A stretch of DNA of 64,000 nt from Octopus vulgaris (Eukaryota): NCBI GenBank assembly GCA_951406725.2, contig OX597815.1, positions 214,892,001-214,956,000 of the forward strand, read 5' to 3'. The translations under genes and the position numbers were made by a program. How positions within the stretch are numbered: position 1 is the first letter of the stretch; each line of letters begins with the position of its first letter. Of the stretch, positions 1 through 10,810 are shown piece after piece. Below the pieces are notes generated by a model. That model did not search any database. It was not told the DNA's origin and saw only the letters and a program-made list of their open reading frames with translations.

Positions 1-536
1 TTCTTAGGTCTGCTATTGTGATGTCTTCCCATGCTTGTTGTTGTAAATTTTGGTAGGATCCTTCAGTTTGTATAATCCAGTCTGCATTTATGTTGTACGT
101 CTTCTTGTCACTCCAAATCCTTTTCCAAAAGTTTTGAACTTCATCCATGGGAGGGGGGTCTTTAACGGTTACTTTCTCCTTCCCTATTTCTCTGTAGAAT
201 TTTTTGGCATTGGATGTGAACAGCTTATTTTGCTTGTAAAACTTGTTTCTCTTCTCAAATCTTCGTATTCTTTGGGCTTTTGCTTGGACTTTTTGTTTCA
301 GCGTTTCTTTTATTGATATCAGTTCTTCTCTTGGTGAGGATCCAAATTTTCTCTTCATCTTTCTTCCTGTTCTGGATCTTACATCATTCCCACATATTAG
401 TTCATTTAATATTGATATTTCCCCTCTCATAAATTCAATCTCTTTTTCAATTTTACTTCTCCAGGTTTGATTTCTTCCCAGGTTTGGTTTTCTTTGTTTT
501 TTCGGAGGCATACAGCTGGTTTCAATTGCCGTAGCA

Positions 537-538
<2 letters not shown>
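1..538 (-). mobile_element. R4/Dong-like (RLE-type) non-LTR retrotransposon fragment, region N-terminal to RT; continues off the left edge
   Basis: Minus-strand translation ...KAQRIRRFEKRNKFYKQNKLFTSNAKKFYREIGK...PPMDEVQNFWKRIWSDKKTYNINADWI...WEDITIADLR resembles the pre-RT region of R4-clade elements. Its 5' end abuts a (TTA)n tract. Confidence 0.7.
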
Positions 539-578
<40 letters not shown>

Positions 579-601
579 TATTATTATTATTATTATTATT
601 A

Positions 602-641
<40 letters not shown>

Positions 642-950
642 TGTTCAGGTCATTGCTTGGAATTAAACTCGGAATCTTGGGGTTAAGATCACAGGCTACT
701 AACCCCAAGATTCCAAGTTCGATTCCAAGCAGTGACCTGAACAATAACAATAATAATTATAATAATGATAATAATAATAATAATAACATCGAAAAATACC
801 TTAGGAATGAGAACCCAGGTTTGAAATTTCCCCAAAACACCTGAAGAAGGCTGGAGGGTAAATCAGCCAAAACGTTGTGTTAACAACAAACAAGATGAGG
901 ACAAATATCTGTCAAATGAAAATAATGTACATAATTCCTCATCTCTTAAT
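538..950 (+). mobile_element. Hairpin repeat plus minimal hammerhead motif (Penelope-like terminal repeat remnant)
   Basis: Inverted repeat ttgttcaggtcattgcttggaa...ttccaagcagtgacctgaacaa (640-743) flanked by (TTA)n/(AAT)n. It is followed at 836-881 by AACAC-CTGAAGA-A-GGCTG..CAGCC-AAAAC-GTT-GTGTT. Confidence 0.55.
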
Positions 951-952
951 TA

Positions 953-1735
953 TCATCATCATCATCATCATCATTTAGCATCCGCTTTCCATGCTAGCAT
1001 GGGTTGGATGGGTCAACTGGGGTCTGTGAAGCTGGAAGGCTTCGTCAGGCCCAGTCAGATCTGGCAGTGTTTCTACAGCTGGATGCCCTTCCTAACGCCA
1101 ACCACTCCGCGAGTGTAGTGGGTGTTTTTTACGTGCCACCTGCACAGGTGCCAGACAGAGCTGGCAAACGGCCATGAACGGATGGTGCTTTTACGTGTCA
1201 CCGGCACGGGGCCCAGCCGAGGCTGGCAACGAACATGAACGGATGGTGCTTTTACGTGCCACCGACACGGGGCCAGACAAAGCTGGCAAACGGCCACGAA
1301 CGGACGGTGCTTTTACGTGTCACCGGCACGGGGGCCAGCTGAGGCTGGCAACGGACACGAACGGATGGTGCTTTTACGTGCCACCAACACAGGGCTAGAC
1401 AGAGCTGGCAAACGGCCATGAATGGACAGTGCTTTTACGTGTCACCGGCACGGGGCCAGGCGAGGCTGGCAATGAACACGAACGGATGGTGCTTTTACGT
1501 GCCACCGACACGGGGCTAGACAGAGCTGGCAAACGGCCATGAATAGACAGTGCTTTTATGTGTCACCGGCACGGGGCCAGGCGAGGCTGGCAATGAACAC
1601 GAACGGATGGTGCTTTTACGTGCCACCGACACGGGGGCCAGACAGAGCTGGCAAACGGCCACGAGCGAATGGTGCTTTTACGTATCACTGACACGGGTGC
1701 CAGACAAGGCTGGCAGTGGACACAAACGGATGGGT
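953..1735 (-). mobile_element. RTE-LINE 3' tail-derived repeat (family C) with internal ~59-bp tandem array
   Basis: Reverse complement of the 3' end of the RTE element (~22060-22610), with a (CAT)n terminus. About 10 units of ggtgcttttacgtg(c/t)cacc... at 1126-1730. Confidence 0.75.
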
Positions 1736-2227
1736 CACTTAACACCTGCTTTCTGATATAACTAGATAGAACTATAAAAACATGGTTAGCTCTCTAGTGC
1801 TGATGTCACCCCCAAAAAAACACTTAACATCCTCTGTTAAGTGTGAAGTTGTGAAGGGGGGTCGCTTTAGTTTTGTTAAAGATATGACACCTCTCTAGTA
1901 TTAGTGGGATGGAAAAGCACCCAGTACACTCTTCAAAGTGGGTAGTTTCAACCTGCAGACACCAAACCAAAATATAATACAAATAAAATGAAATACTCTC
2001 AACCACTCTAGGTAAGCAGACCCTTCCAGTCAATGCCAGCATGACCAACAGACATAAATGATGAGTAGGAGGATGATGACAACAATGAGGACAATATGAA
2101 GGTGAAAGGGTCATTGGAAAGAGAAGCTAGTACTTGGCACCATTCGTGCAAAATGTGCTTTCTGAAACTAAGAAATAATGTTTATACAATACGTGACTTT
2201 TCTGCTCACATTTGAGATATATTTTAA

Positions 2228-2447
2228 CCCTTTATCATTCAGATTTCTCTGTAAAATCTAATGCTTATCTATTCATATTGTTTTGAATTACTCAGACATT
2301 ATCTTGTAGCTTCAAGATTTCGATGATTTGGTTGGTTATTTTAAAAATAACACTGTAAGGCAGGTGTGATAAGCCTGATCTGGTCAATTTGAACATAAAG
2401 CATGTAGAATAATTGGGCCAGATATGGCCAGTTTAAATACTAACGGG
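2228..2447. mobile_element. piggyBac-type MITE (family E)
   Basis: TTAA on both sides; imperfect TIR CCCTTTATCATT...AATACTAACGGG. Related copies at 5041-5535, ~26417-26630 and ~44523-44725. Confidence 0.7.
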
Positions 2448-2464
2448 TTAAACCATTTATTATC

Positions 2465-2791
2465 ATATTAATAGTTATTTCCAAGCTAATATGGCAGTCC
2501 AGAAATGTAGGATGAATGCTGCCATTGATTAGCTCCGGGAGGCCATCACCTCTAGCTAGCTATGTGACACACGAACCTGTGTCCATTATAACCTTCGAAC
2601 AGGGGAGGTCAGCCACTTTCCTTTGCTGATCAGGCATCTGCAGACTAGTTTCAGGGTATTTGCCCCTTATCAATGCAGAGTTTGTGTGTCACATAGCTAG
2701 CTAGTGGTGATGGCCTCTTGGAGCTAATCAACGGCAGCATTCATCCTATATTTCTGGACTGCCATATTAGCTTGGCGATAACTATTAATAT
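2465..2791. repeat. ~108-bp-arm inverted repeat with a minus-strand hammerhead motif in the loop
   Basis: Arms 2465-2572 and 2684-2791 are near reverse complements. 2638-2678 on the minus strand reads CTGCA-TTGATAA-GGGGCAAATACCCT-GAAAC-TA-GTC-TGCAG. Confidence 0.75.
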
Positions 2792-3582
2792 CCAGTACCA
2801 CTGCCGTAGTTTCCTTTAGAGAGACTTAGAAATAATAAGATTCCCATTTATTATCAACTTTCTGTGTATTTATTTATTTATTTATTAACATTGCCATGAA
2901 ACTTCAGGAATAAATTTCTTTCTCCATTATTCATTACAATTTCATGTACATATTTTTTTTCTATGCATGACTGTGATTTCTTTTTTTCTTTTCAAACATG
3001 TTCAAACTGTTGAAGTAAAATATTTTCAATGCTGGACGGTCTTTGAAATTCTTCTGAACTACTCAACTATGAAGAAGGGTGGTAGACTGAGGCAAACACA
3101 AAGTTGTCTTCCTTGTTTGAAGGCACAGTAAAATCATGATGTATTTCGTTATAAATCTGATCAGCTCCAAAGGGTAAAAAATGTAAAGAGTTGTTACATA
3201 TTGCTGAATATAGACTTATCAAAAGCAACATCATAGGATTTTGTTATGTTGCATGTGGGTGGGGGTCGGGGGGTGTTATTACTGTATTTGGCTTCGATAC
3301 TCAAATAAATATCGATTGATTGATCTGATTATAGAGTTTGTATTGTTCTGAAAATTCTAATAGTTTCTATGAATTAACTTAATTAATTTACTTAATAAAT
3401 TTAAGCTTTTCTTGCAGTCATGACTGTGTGATTAAAAAGTTCGATTCCTGACTACTTTCTTCCAAGTTTTAGCCCGTTGCATGGCTCCTTCACCAAAGGT
3501 TGCTCTTGCCTGGCTGTAGTCTTCAGTTGACCAATGCTTTATGAATAGAATTTAATACACAGAACCTAAGCAGAAGCTTATA

Positions 3583-3679
3583 GTGTGTGTGAGTGCTTGT
3601 GTGTGTGCATGCGTGTGTGTGTGTGTGTGTGCATGTGTGTGTGTGTGTGTGTGTGTGCATGTGTGTGTGTGTGTGTGTG

Positions 3680-3726
<47 letters not shown>

Positions 3727-3797
3727 ATGTGTGTGTGTGTGTGTGTGCATGTGTGTGTGTGTGTGTGTGTGTGCATGTGTGTGTGTGTGTGTGTGCA
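3583..3797. repeat. (GT)n microsatellite with periodic GCAT interruptions
   Basis: Directly visible; source of the spurious HT/VC-repeat ORFs. Confidence 0.95.
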
Positions 3798-3866
3798 TAC
3801 AAAGAGCTGAGATGACTAATGATATTTTACCACATGTTCATGTGCATGTATATATATGTACATACA

Positions 3867-4040
3867 TTTTTTTTTCATCTAGTTTCAGCTCATGGGCTGT
3901 GGCCATGCTGGGGCACCGCCATTAAATTATATGCTTACAGCACCTAGGTTTCCCAAGCCGTCACCCATCTAAGTACTAACTAGGCTCGATGTTGCTTAAC
4001 TTCGGTGATCGGACGAGAACCGGTGCTTTCAACGTGATAT
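3867..4040 (-). pseudogene. 5S rRNA-derived retrocopy or SINE3-like element (5S head 3931-4040 plus LINE-type tail 3867-3920)
   Basis: Minus strand ATATCACGTTGAAAGCACCGGTTCTCGTCCGATCACCGAAGTTAAGCAACATCGAGCCTAGTTAGTACTTAGATGGGTGACGGCTTGGGAAACCTAGGTGCTGTAAGC is metazoan 5S rRNA lacking about the first 10 nt. It is followed by ggcggtgccccagcatggccacagcccatgagctgaaactaga and poly(A). Confidence 0.85.
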
Positions 4041-4054
4041 ATATATATATTATT

Positions 4055-4368
4055 TAAAACAGTTTGATTTGGTTCTATGTGACTTACAGTTTCACGGGTT
4101 TCTGTTAGAAGCCTGTGAAATTAAGTCACATGGAACTGAATCATTCATAAAACAATAGGTTTATATATAAACCAAGGTTTGTAATCATTCAAAGAAAATA
4201 AGAAACTGGAGATATAACATTTAATAAAAATGTGTTATCTGCAAAAATCAAGCATAGTCTCTTACAGCTGTTTCAATTAAACCTAATAGATTAAATGTCA
4301 ATTATTAAAATCATTATTAAATGTCAATTATTAAAATCATTATATAAGGTAAAATCTCTTCAGAAGGG
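4055..4368 (-). repeat. Hairpin plus minimal hammerhead motif (Penelope-like remnant)
   Basis: Hairpin at ~4065-4145. Minus strand 4368->4258 reads CTGAAGAG...GAAAC-AGCT-GTA-AGAG with palindromic stem III ACAGCTGT. Confidence 0.5.
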
Positions 4369-4948
4369 TAGAAAATATATAACACATACATAAGCTCTAC
4401 TTCATCTATTGAGTACTTTTCTCTAGTCTGTACACCTAAACACACACGCACATTCAAACATATATATATAAAAGTTTAGAATTTTAGCTCAAGGCAACCA
4501 GTTTTATGGTGGGGCGGAGCAAGTCATTACATTCACTCCACTGCTTAGCTGGTACTTCACTTTATCAATCCCAAAAGGATGAAAGACAAAGTTGACCTTG
4601 GTGAATTTTGAACTCAGAACATAAAGAGCTGAAAGAATGTCACAAATGTTAACAATTCTGCTGGCTCACCACCTTTCATATATATATATATACAGTAATA
4701 TATAATGATGATATACACGTATGTGTATACCTTTACTAGCTCACTTCAATCTTAAATATTTGTGTTTTTGTTTTGTTCTTAACTCTTTCATCTCACCTTT
4801 GCTCTAATTATTCACTCACCCATGAACTAGAATCAAACAGGTAATGTGTGCACATTTATGACTATTTGCCAATTAAACTGAACAAGTTTTTTATTCATCA
4901 TTCATTGAGAAATGCAGGCAAATTCTTGACATTTGTCCCCCTCATACT

Positions 4949-4979
<31 letters not shown>

Positions 4980-5040
4980 CTAGCATATAGCATTATTTTG
5001 TAGTCATCGCAGGTTACCTGGCAATGTTTCTTTTCTTTCA

Positions 5041-5535
5041 CCCTTTAGCATTTAGATTACTCTGTCAAATGTATTGCCTGTTTATCCTCATTGTTTTGAA
5101 TTAATCATGCATTATCTCATTGCTTCGAGATATTCATCATCATCATCGTTTAACATCCGTTTTCCATGCTAGCATGGGTTGGACGATTTGATTGAGGACT
5201 GGCGAACCAGATGGCTGCACCCAGGCACCAATCTGATCTGGCAGAGTTTCTACAGCTGGATGCCCTTTCTAACGCCAACCACACCGAGAGTGGGTGCTTT
5301 TACATGCCGCCAGCACAAGGGCCAGTCATGTGGTACTGGCAGTGGCCACGCTCAAATGGTGTTTTTTACGTGCCACCTGCATTGGAGCCGGTCCAGCGGC
5401 ACTGGCAACGATTATTATTGTTTATTTTTTCAGAATGACATTGTAGGATCGGTGTGAGAGGCCTGATCTGGCCTGTTTGAACAGAAATCAGGCAGAATAT
5501 TTTGGCTGGATATGGCTGGTTTAAATGCTAAAGGG
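5041..5535. mobile_element. piggyBac-type MITE (family E) with nested family C insertion (~5134-5410)
   Basis: TIR CCCTTTAGCATTTA/TAAATGCTAAAGGG with right TTAA. The insertion starts with (CAT)n-gtttaacatccgttttccatgctagcatgggttggac. Confidence 0.75.
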
Positions 5536-5559
5536 TTAAACCAATATTTCTTTGTTGAA

Positions 5560-6328
5560 TCATAAAGGGAATAATGATTTCTAACACAGATTCAAATTTG
5601 ATTCTGTAGAATCTCCACAGAAAGTCAACTGCAGAACCCTCAATCCTCATCATGTGTAACACATTCTGCAATGTGGGATACCAGACCAATTTAAACGCCT
5701 TGTTATAATCAGATACAGCCATGTATAGTGGAACAGTATATTCCCTGGCTTCCTTCATCAGGATTCTAATTTATTTGTATCCATCCTTTCACAAAACACC
5801 ATTTGCACTTCCTTGAGTCGTTCTTCAATGATTCGTTCCATCCTCTTCAACAGAATGCTCAGCATGATCTTGCTGGTGTAGCTGATGAGGTCTATGTTAT
5901 GGTACCCCAATCAATATGAGAGACTGCACTTTCAGCAAAAGCTTCAAGTTAACACTTCTAAAAACCTTGGTCTGGTCACTAGCATTATATACATCTGGAG
6001 CATGGGCCCTAAAGGTAGCAGACACCAAGCAACTGAAGGCATTTGCAGTGACATGCTTCAGGCAAGTGTTGTGGATGAGGTGATGATGATCAGACAGCGA
6101 TAACTGCATTATTTTGGCCATATTATCTGAGGTTCACTCTGTGACCACATCTTTGAAGGCTGGATGGCTGGAAAAACATTCTTGTGCGCAACAAATATGT
6201 AAATACAGCAATGACAACAAAGACTGAACCAAGAGAACCTGCAGCATGTGATCACAGGTGAGGCAGCTGTGTTTGCGGTCCCTGTTCTTCAATCATGAGG
6301 ATGCATATTCATCATCATCATCATCATT
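5560..6328. mobile_element. Decayed RTE LINE copy with inverted 5' segment
   Basis: Minus 5908->5560 encodes RT motifs (YHNIDLISYTSKIMLSILLKRM; KEAREYTVPLYMAVSDYNKAF). Plus ~5915-6328 encodes an RTE C-terminus-like segment (LLKTLVWSLALYTSGAWALK) and ends in (CAT)n. Confidence 0.6.
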
Positions 6329-6414
6329 ATGCAGAAATACTTGAAAATAAAGTATCAGTCAAATACTGGAATTTATGTTAATGACTGATTTGAGGCTTTA
6401 TATCTACATTAATT

Positions 6415-6630
6415 TCAAGTTTTGGCTCAAGGCCAGCAATTTTGGAGGAGGGCATAAGTTGATTACATCAACCCTAGTGTTCAACTGGTACTTGGTACTT
6501 ATTTTATCAACTCCAAAAGGATGAAAGGTAAAGTTGACCTCAGCAGCATTTGAACTCAGAACATACAGACAGACGAAATGCTGCTAAGCATTTTGCCTGG
6601 CATGCTAACAATTCTGCCAGCTCACTGCCT
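6415..6630 (-). mobile_element. tRNA-SINE family B
   Basis: Reverse complement of ggcggtgagctggcagaa...gttcaaat...gactttgcctttcatcctttcggggtcgataaa...gtaccag. Further minus copies at ~4480-4675, 12985-13150, 13225-13607, 41128-41327 and 60328-60543. Confidence 0.75.
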
Positions 6631-7633
6631 TCAGGCTTTATATTCATATTACAAAACAATATTTGCCTGTCTTTAAGCAAAGAAAATTGGCATAAACTGA
6701 AAAGAATACATGGATCTTCTATTTTAGAGTATTTACTTTTGTTTCTATAAATTCTCCATCAAAATCTTGCTTTGGCCTTTTGTACTTTTTAATCTTCTTG
6801 TATTTAAGATATAAACCAGTTGCTGTTTAGTCTTGATGTTCCCTGATTGAAATGTTTTATGATTAAAGACATATGATTAAAGTTATTACTATCATGTTCT
6901 TATTTTCAAGAATAGTGTATCTTGGACAACATCATATATAACATAGCACATTGGCTGAGTCATTATCACATCAGATCCACTGCCTTGCAGTAATAATTTC
7001 AGCTCCCTGAACTCTGGGTTCAAATTCCACCAAGATCTACCTTGCTTTTCATCAACCCTAGTACTTATTGTTTTGGTCAATATTTATTTCATAGACTGCA
7101 GAAAGATGAAAGATGTGAACCTAAGCAGGATTTGAACCCACTGTGTAAAGAGACACAAAGTACTTTTGTTTAATGTTCCACAGATTCTGCCATCCACTCA
7201 ACAATGTTTACAGAGTCAGTGCGCCTAAAGCTTTGCTAAAATACATTTTACTTGTCAGTAATACAATGGAAACTCTGCTCTTTCTCACATACATTGCTTT
7301 CAACTTCCATAAATCAACAATATAGCCATTGTCATTATTTTGATTTTCTTGTTTGATAGCCATATACCAATGTCAATAATTCTTAACAGAAGTCTTTGCC
7401 ATATTTGCATTCAAATTTTTTTGTTTTTCTTCCAGACTATTTTTCCTATATTTCATTCTTTTATGAGATTCTTCTAAAATATGGGAAATGTCCTTTTAAT
7501 TCTCTTGTGTTCACACACCCACACACACACACATTCACACACTAATATTTTTTCAGGAAAACTGTTATATGAAAACATTTGTTATCTGTAAACATAATTT
7601 TGCATTTCTATTTTCCTATCGATATATAGCTGT

Positions 7634-8196
7634 GTGAGGTTTGGTCAAAAATTATTCGGACTGTTGCTACGATAATGGAGCTCAAGTGCACACAGTGAAG
7701 CTGCACAGCACAGATTGACCTTGAACTCTATCGCATATGCGCACTAAGTGATAATGTTCTTCCTCACTTCCATTGTTTGTAGCAGTGCTTGGAAGGAAAG
7801 TGTGTTGAGTGTGGTCATCTAAAGAAGAAGATTGGGTTTCAGTTGTACAGGATCTCCTTGATTGTGTCAAGGAAGACAAAAACATTTTGAAATTAGTCAT
7901 AACAGGTGACGAATCATGGGTCTCTGGCTATGACCCCAAGTGAAGGCTCAGTCTTTGTAGTGGAAGACTCCAACAAGATTTCTAGATGTTGAAGAAATCC
8001 AAGAGAATGCAATGAGGCAGCTGCTTGCTGTCCCAGAAAAAGGTGTTCCAGGAATGCTTCCATCAATGGAAAAGATACTGGATAAAATGTGTGGCTTCAG
8101 AAGAAGACTAATGCAAAAGAAATTTAATGCTGAATTAATATGTGTTGTAATTTTCTTTTTATAGCACCAGTCCCAATACTTTTTGATCAGACCACA
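7634..8196 (+). mobile_element. Internally deleted mariner-family DNA transposon
   Basis: Imperfect TIRs tgaggtttggtcaaaaattattcggactg / cagtcccaatactttttgatcagaccaca. Remnant transposase FLKLVITGDESWVSGYDP (first catalytic D motif) and C-terminal FQECFHQWKRYWIKCV. Confidence 0.75.
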
Positions 8197-8245
8197 TATA
8201 ATGAAAATATTTACCCCCATCTTAAAAAAACCAAACATGTTTTAT

Positions 8246-8292
<47 letters not shown>

Positions 8293-8349
8293 ATATTAGG
8301 GAGTATAACTCCAAACTTACAGGGAAAATTTCAATTTAGTATTAAATCG

Positions 8350-8621
8350 GATTTCACAATATAAACATATAATATATAAATTAGAGATAAAACCACTATT
8401 TTGCAGCTCAAACAGTGATAGACATAAGCCAAAACATAAAAAGCAAATAATATATATCTTTATAAAGTATTAAAATGAATGATCAATATATAATAAGTAA
8501 TTCATTTTTATACTTTTTGAGATCTAGTTAAATGTTTTATAAAAATATATATTATTTGCTTTTTATGTTTTGGTTTATGTGTATCACTGTTTGGGTTGCA
8601 TAATAGTGGTTTTATCTCTAA

Positions 8622-8635
<14 letters not shown>
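8350..8635. repeat. AT-rich inverted repeat element (~90-100-bp arms)
   Basis: aaattagagataaaaccactattttgcagctcaaacagtgata...aaaagcaaataatatatat is mirrored at 8546-8630; embedded in (TA)n. Confidence 0.7.
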
Positions 8636-8679
<44 letters not shown>

Positions 8680-8681
<2 letters not shown>

Positions 8682-9770
8682 CAGGGAACTGTTTTGGGTC
8701 CACTACTCTTCATAATTTACGTAAACGACCTTTCCAGTGTCATACATTACTGCAAAGTGAAAATATTCGCTGATGACACTAAGCTCCAGCAAATCGTCAA
8801 TGAAGAAGCAGACCGAACTCAACTCCAGTCTGATCTATATGCTGTGAGTCAATGGGCAGACAGAAACAAAATGCAACTGAACAAGGGAAATTTTGAGCTG
8901 ATGCATTTTGGAAGAAATTCCTCACTAAAACAACCATACTCTCTTCCTTCAGGGGAACCGCTCACAGCCTCTAACAATATCAGAGACCTGGGTGTAATTG
9001 TTGATGACGATCTCAGTTGGAGTGCACACATCAACAAGAAGGTCGATATAGCTCGTAGGATGAGTTCCTGGATCTTAAGAACTTTCCGGTCCAGAGAACA
9101 AGGTGTCATCATACTACTTTTTTCCTCCTTTGTACGGCCACACCTTGAATACTGCTGCCCACTGTGGTCCCCTCACACAAGACAAAACATCTCCAGAATT
9201 GAGTCACCCCAGAGGGCTCTCACTAAACAAATTGAAGGCATGGCTGCTCTCGATTATTGGGATCGCCTTAAAGCCCTGAAACTTTACTCCCTCCAGCGTC
9301 GCCGTGAGCGGTACATCATTTGTACGATGTGGAAAATATACCGCCAACTTTGCCCAAACGACGTAAACATTAGCTTCAAGGTCCATCCAAGACTTGGACC
9401 ACGGGCTATACGTCCCCTGCCAAATTCAAGATCACAACATACATGTACACTGCAACATAATTTCTTTTCCTCAACAGGCCCTGCCCTATTTAACATTGTT
9501 CCGAGGGAGATCAAAGAGGAAAAGGATCCCATCAACTTTAAACAGAGTCTGGATAGATTCCTTCAAAGAATACCAGATAAGCCACCCATGATTGGATACA
9601 ACTCACCCAACAAGAACTCACTACTTGACTTAAACAAAACTTGACTTAAACAAAACTTGACTTAAACAGGATTCGAATAATCCTATCAGGTGGTGCTATT
9701 AAGTTAGACATGGCCTGGACCAATCTTTGGTCGAAACATATCTAAGTTTATCTAAGTTTATCTAAGTTTA
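8680..9770 (+). mobile_element. 5'-truncated CR1/L2-group LINE, uninterrupted RT C-terminal ORF (8694-9644)
   Basis: GTVLGPLLFIIYVNDL, KIFADDTKL (FADD catalytic motif), RDLGVIVD, VRPHLEYCCPLWSP and LYSLQRRRER. 3' end is tandem (TCTAAGTTTA)x3; inserted in (TA)n. Confidence 0.9.
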
Positions 9771-9840
9771 TATATATATAGTGCATTTTCAACTTTGTTT
9801 TCTTTCTTTCCAACTCATTTTCTCTTTCTATATTTTTCAG

Positions 9841-9913
9841 GGTGCTTTGCAAGATGTTAAAATTGTAACAAAGTCACATGGATATCTCATACAGTGTCCA
9901 CATCAAGACACAA
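9841..9913 (+). CDS. NELL: NELL-family protein exon (end of TSPN/LamG domain): GALQDVKIVTKSHGYLIQCPHQDT
   Basis: Polypyrimidine tract with tttcag acceptor and gtaaga donor. Resembles vertebrate NELL GIIQDGKIIFMPNGYITQCP (from memory). Phase 0-1. Confidence 0.85.
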
Positions 9914-10430
9914 GTAAGAATCTTTAATATATCCAGTCATGTTATAGACAACAAACCAAACTTAATTTTATTGTAATTCATCAATTTTGAAGTAAGAAAA
10001 TATGTCATGTCAACAACACCATAATTTCAACATTCAAAGACATTCCAACAATGACTTCCTCTTCTTATTTTCAGGTAGAGTGTATTCGGACTACATTGTC
10101 CAATATGTCCTTTTTCTTTGTAAGATGGTATATTATGATTTGAAGAATATTTAGCTGCTATTCCTAACGGGTCAAGCAACCACATGGAGGCTCTTTCATT
10201 GATTCATAAAGTTTGAAGTTAATGTCTAAGCCAATGGGTTTTAACTGGAGTCTATGTTGGGTTGGCATGCAAGCAACTGAATATTTTATGGATCCATGAA
10301 AGATTTTTGCTGTAGATGCATTTATTGCAGGAAACAGCTCAGTTTCTTTCTCTAACATTTTACAGAGTTCAGCATGTTTCTGGCCACTGATGTATGTTCA
10401 CTCAGAGAGTAGTGTTATTGCAAACCTGCT

Positions 10431-10810
10431 CGAGTGGCTATGTGGTAAGTAGCTTGCTTACCAACCACATGATTCTGGGTTCATTTCCACTGCGTGGCAC
10501 CTTGAGCAAGTGTCTTCTACTATAGCCTCAGGCCAACCAAAGCCTTGTGAGTGGATTTGGGAGATGGAAATTGAAAGAAGCCCATCATATATATGTATAT
10601 AGATGTGTGTGTGTCTGTTTGTCCCCTCAGCATGGCTTGACAACCGATAGTGGTGTGTTTACATCCCCTTAACTTAGTGGTTCGGCAAAAGAGATTGATA
10701 GAATAAGTACTAGGCTTACAAAGAATAAGTCCTGGGGTCGATTTGCTCGACTAAAAGGCAGTGCTCCAGCATGGCCGCAGTCAAATGACTGAAACAAGTA
10801 AAAGACAGTA
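10431..10810 (+). mobile_element. tRNA-SINE family A
   Basis: A/B-box-like head (gtggctatgtggtaag...gggttcattt), body ggcaccttgagcaagtgtcttctactatagc, internal (TA/TG)n, tail ggcagtgctccagcatggccgcagtcaaatgactgaaacaagtaaaaga. More than 15 related copies or fragments in the window. Confidence 0.85.

Noticed and set aside
427-844. Poly-N and poly-L ORFs on opposite strands
   Set aside because: Translation of (TTA)n/(AAT)n microsatellites and a palindrome; not protein-coding.
1126-1730. Regularly spaced repeats resembling a CRISPR array
   Set aside because: The intervening sequences are themselves repeated (alternating units), there are no cas genes, and the context is a eukaryotic LINE tail.
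3523-3925. His-Thr and Val-Cys repeat ORFs
   Set aside because: (GT)n microsatellite artefacts.
3931-4040. Functional 5S rRNA gene
   Set aside because: Lacks about 10 nt at the 5' end, has no oligo-T terminator, is solitary, and is fused to a retroelement tail.
4760-4850. Possible upstream NELL exon (CAG|GTAAT donor-like site)
   Set aside because: No LamG/TSPN-like translation or convincing acceptor; upstream exons are probably outside the window or undetected.
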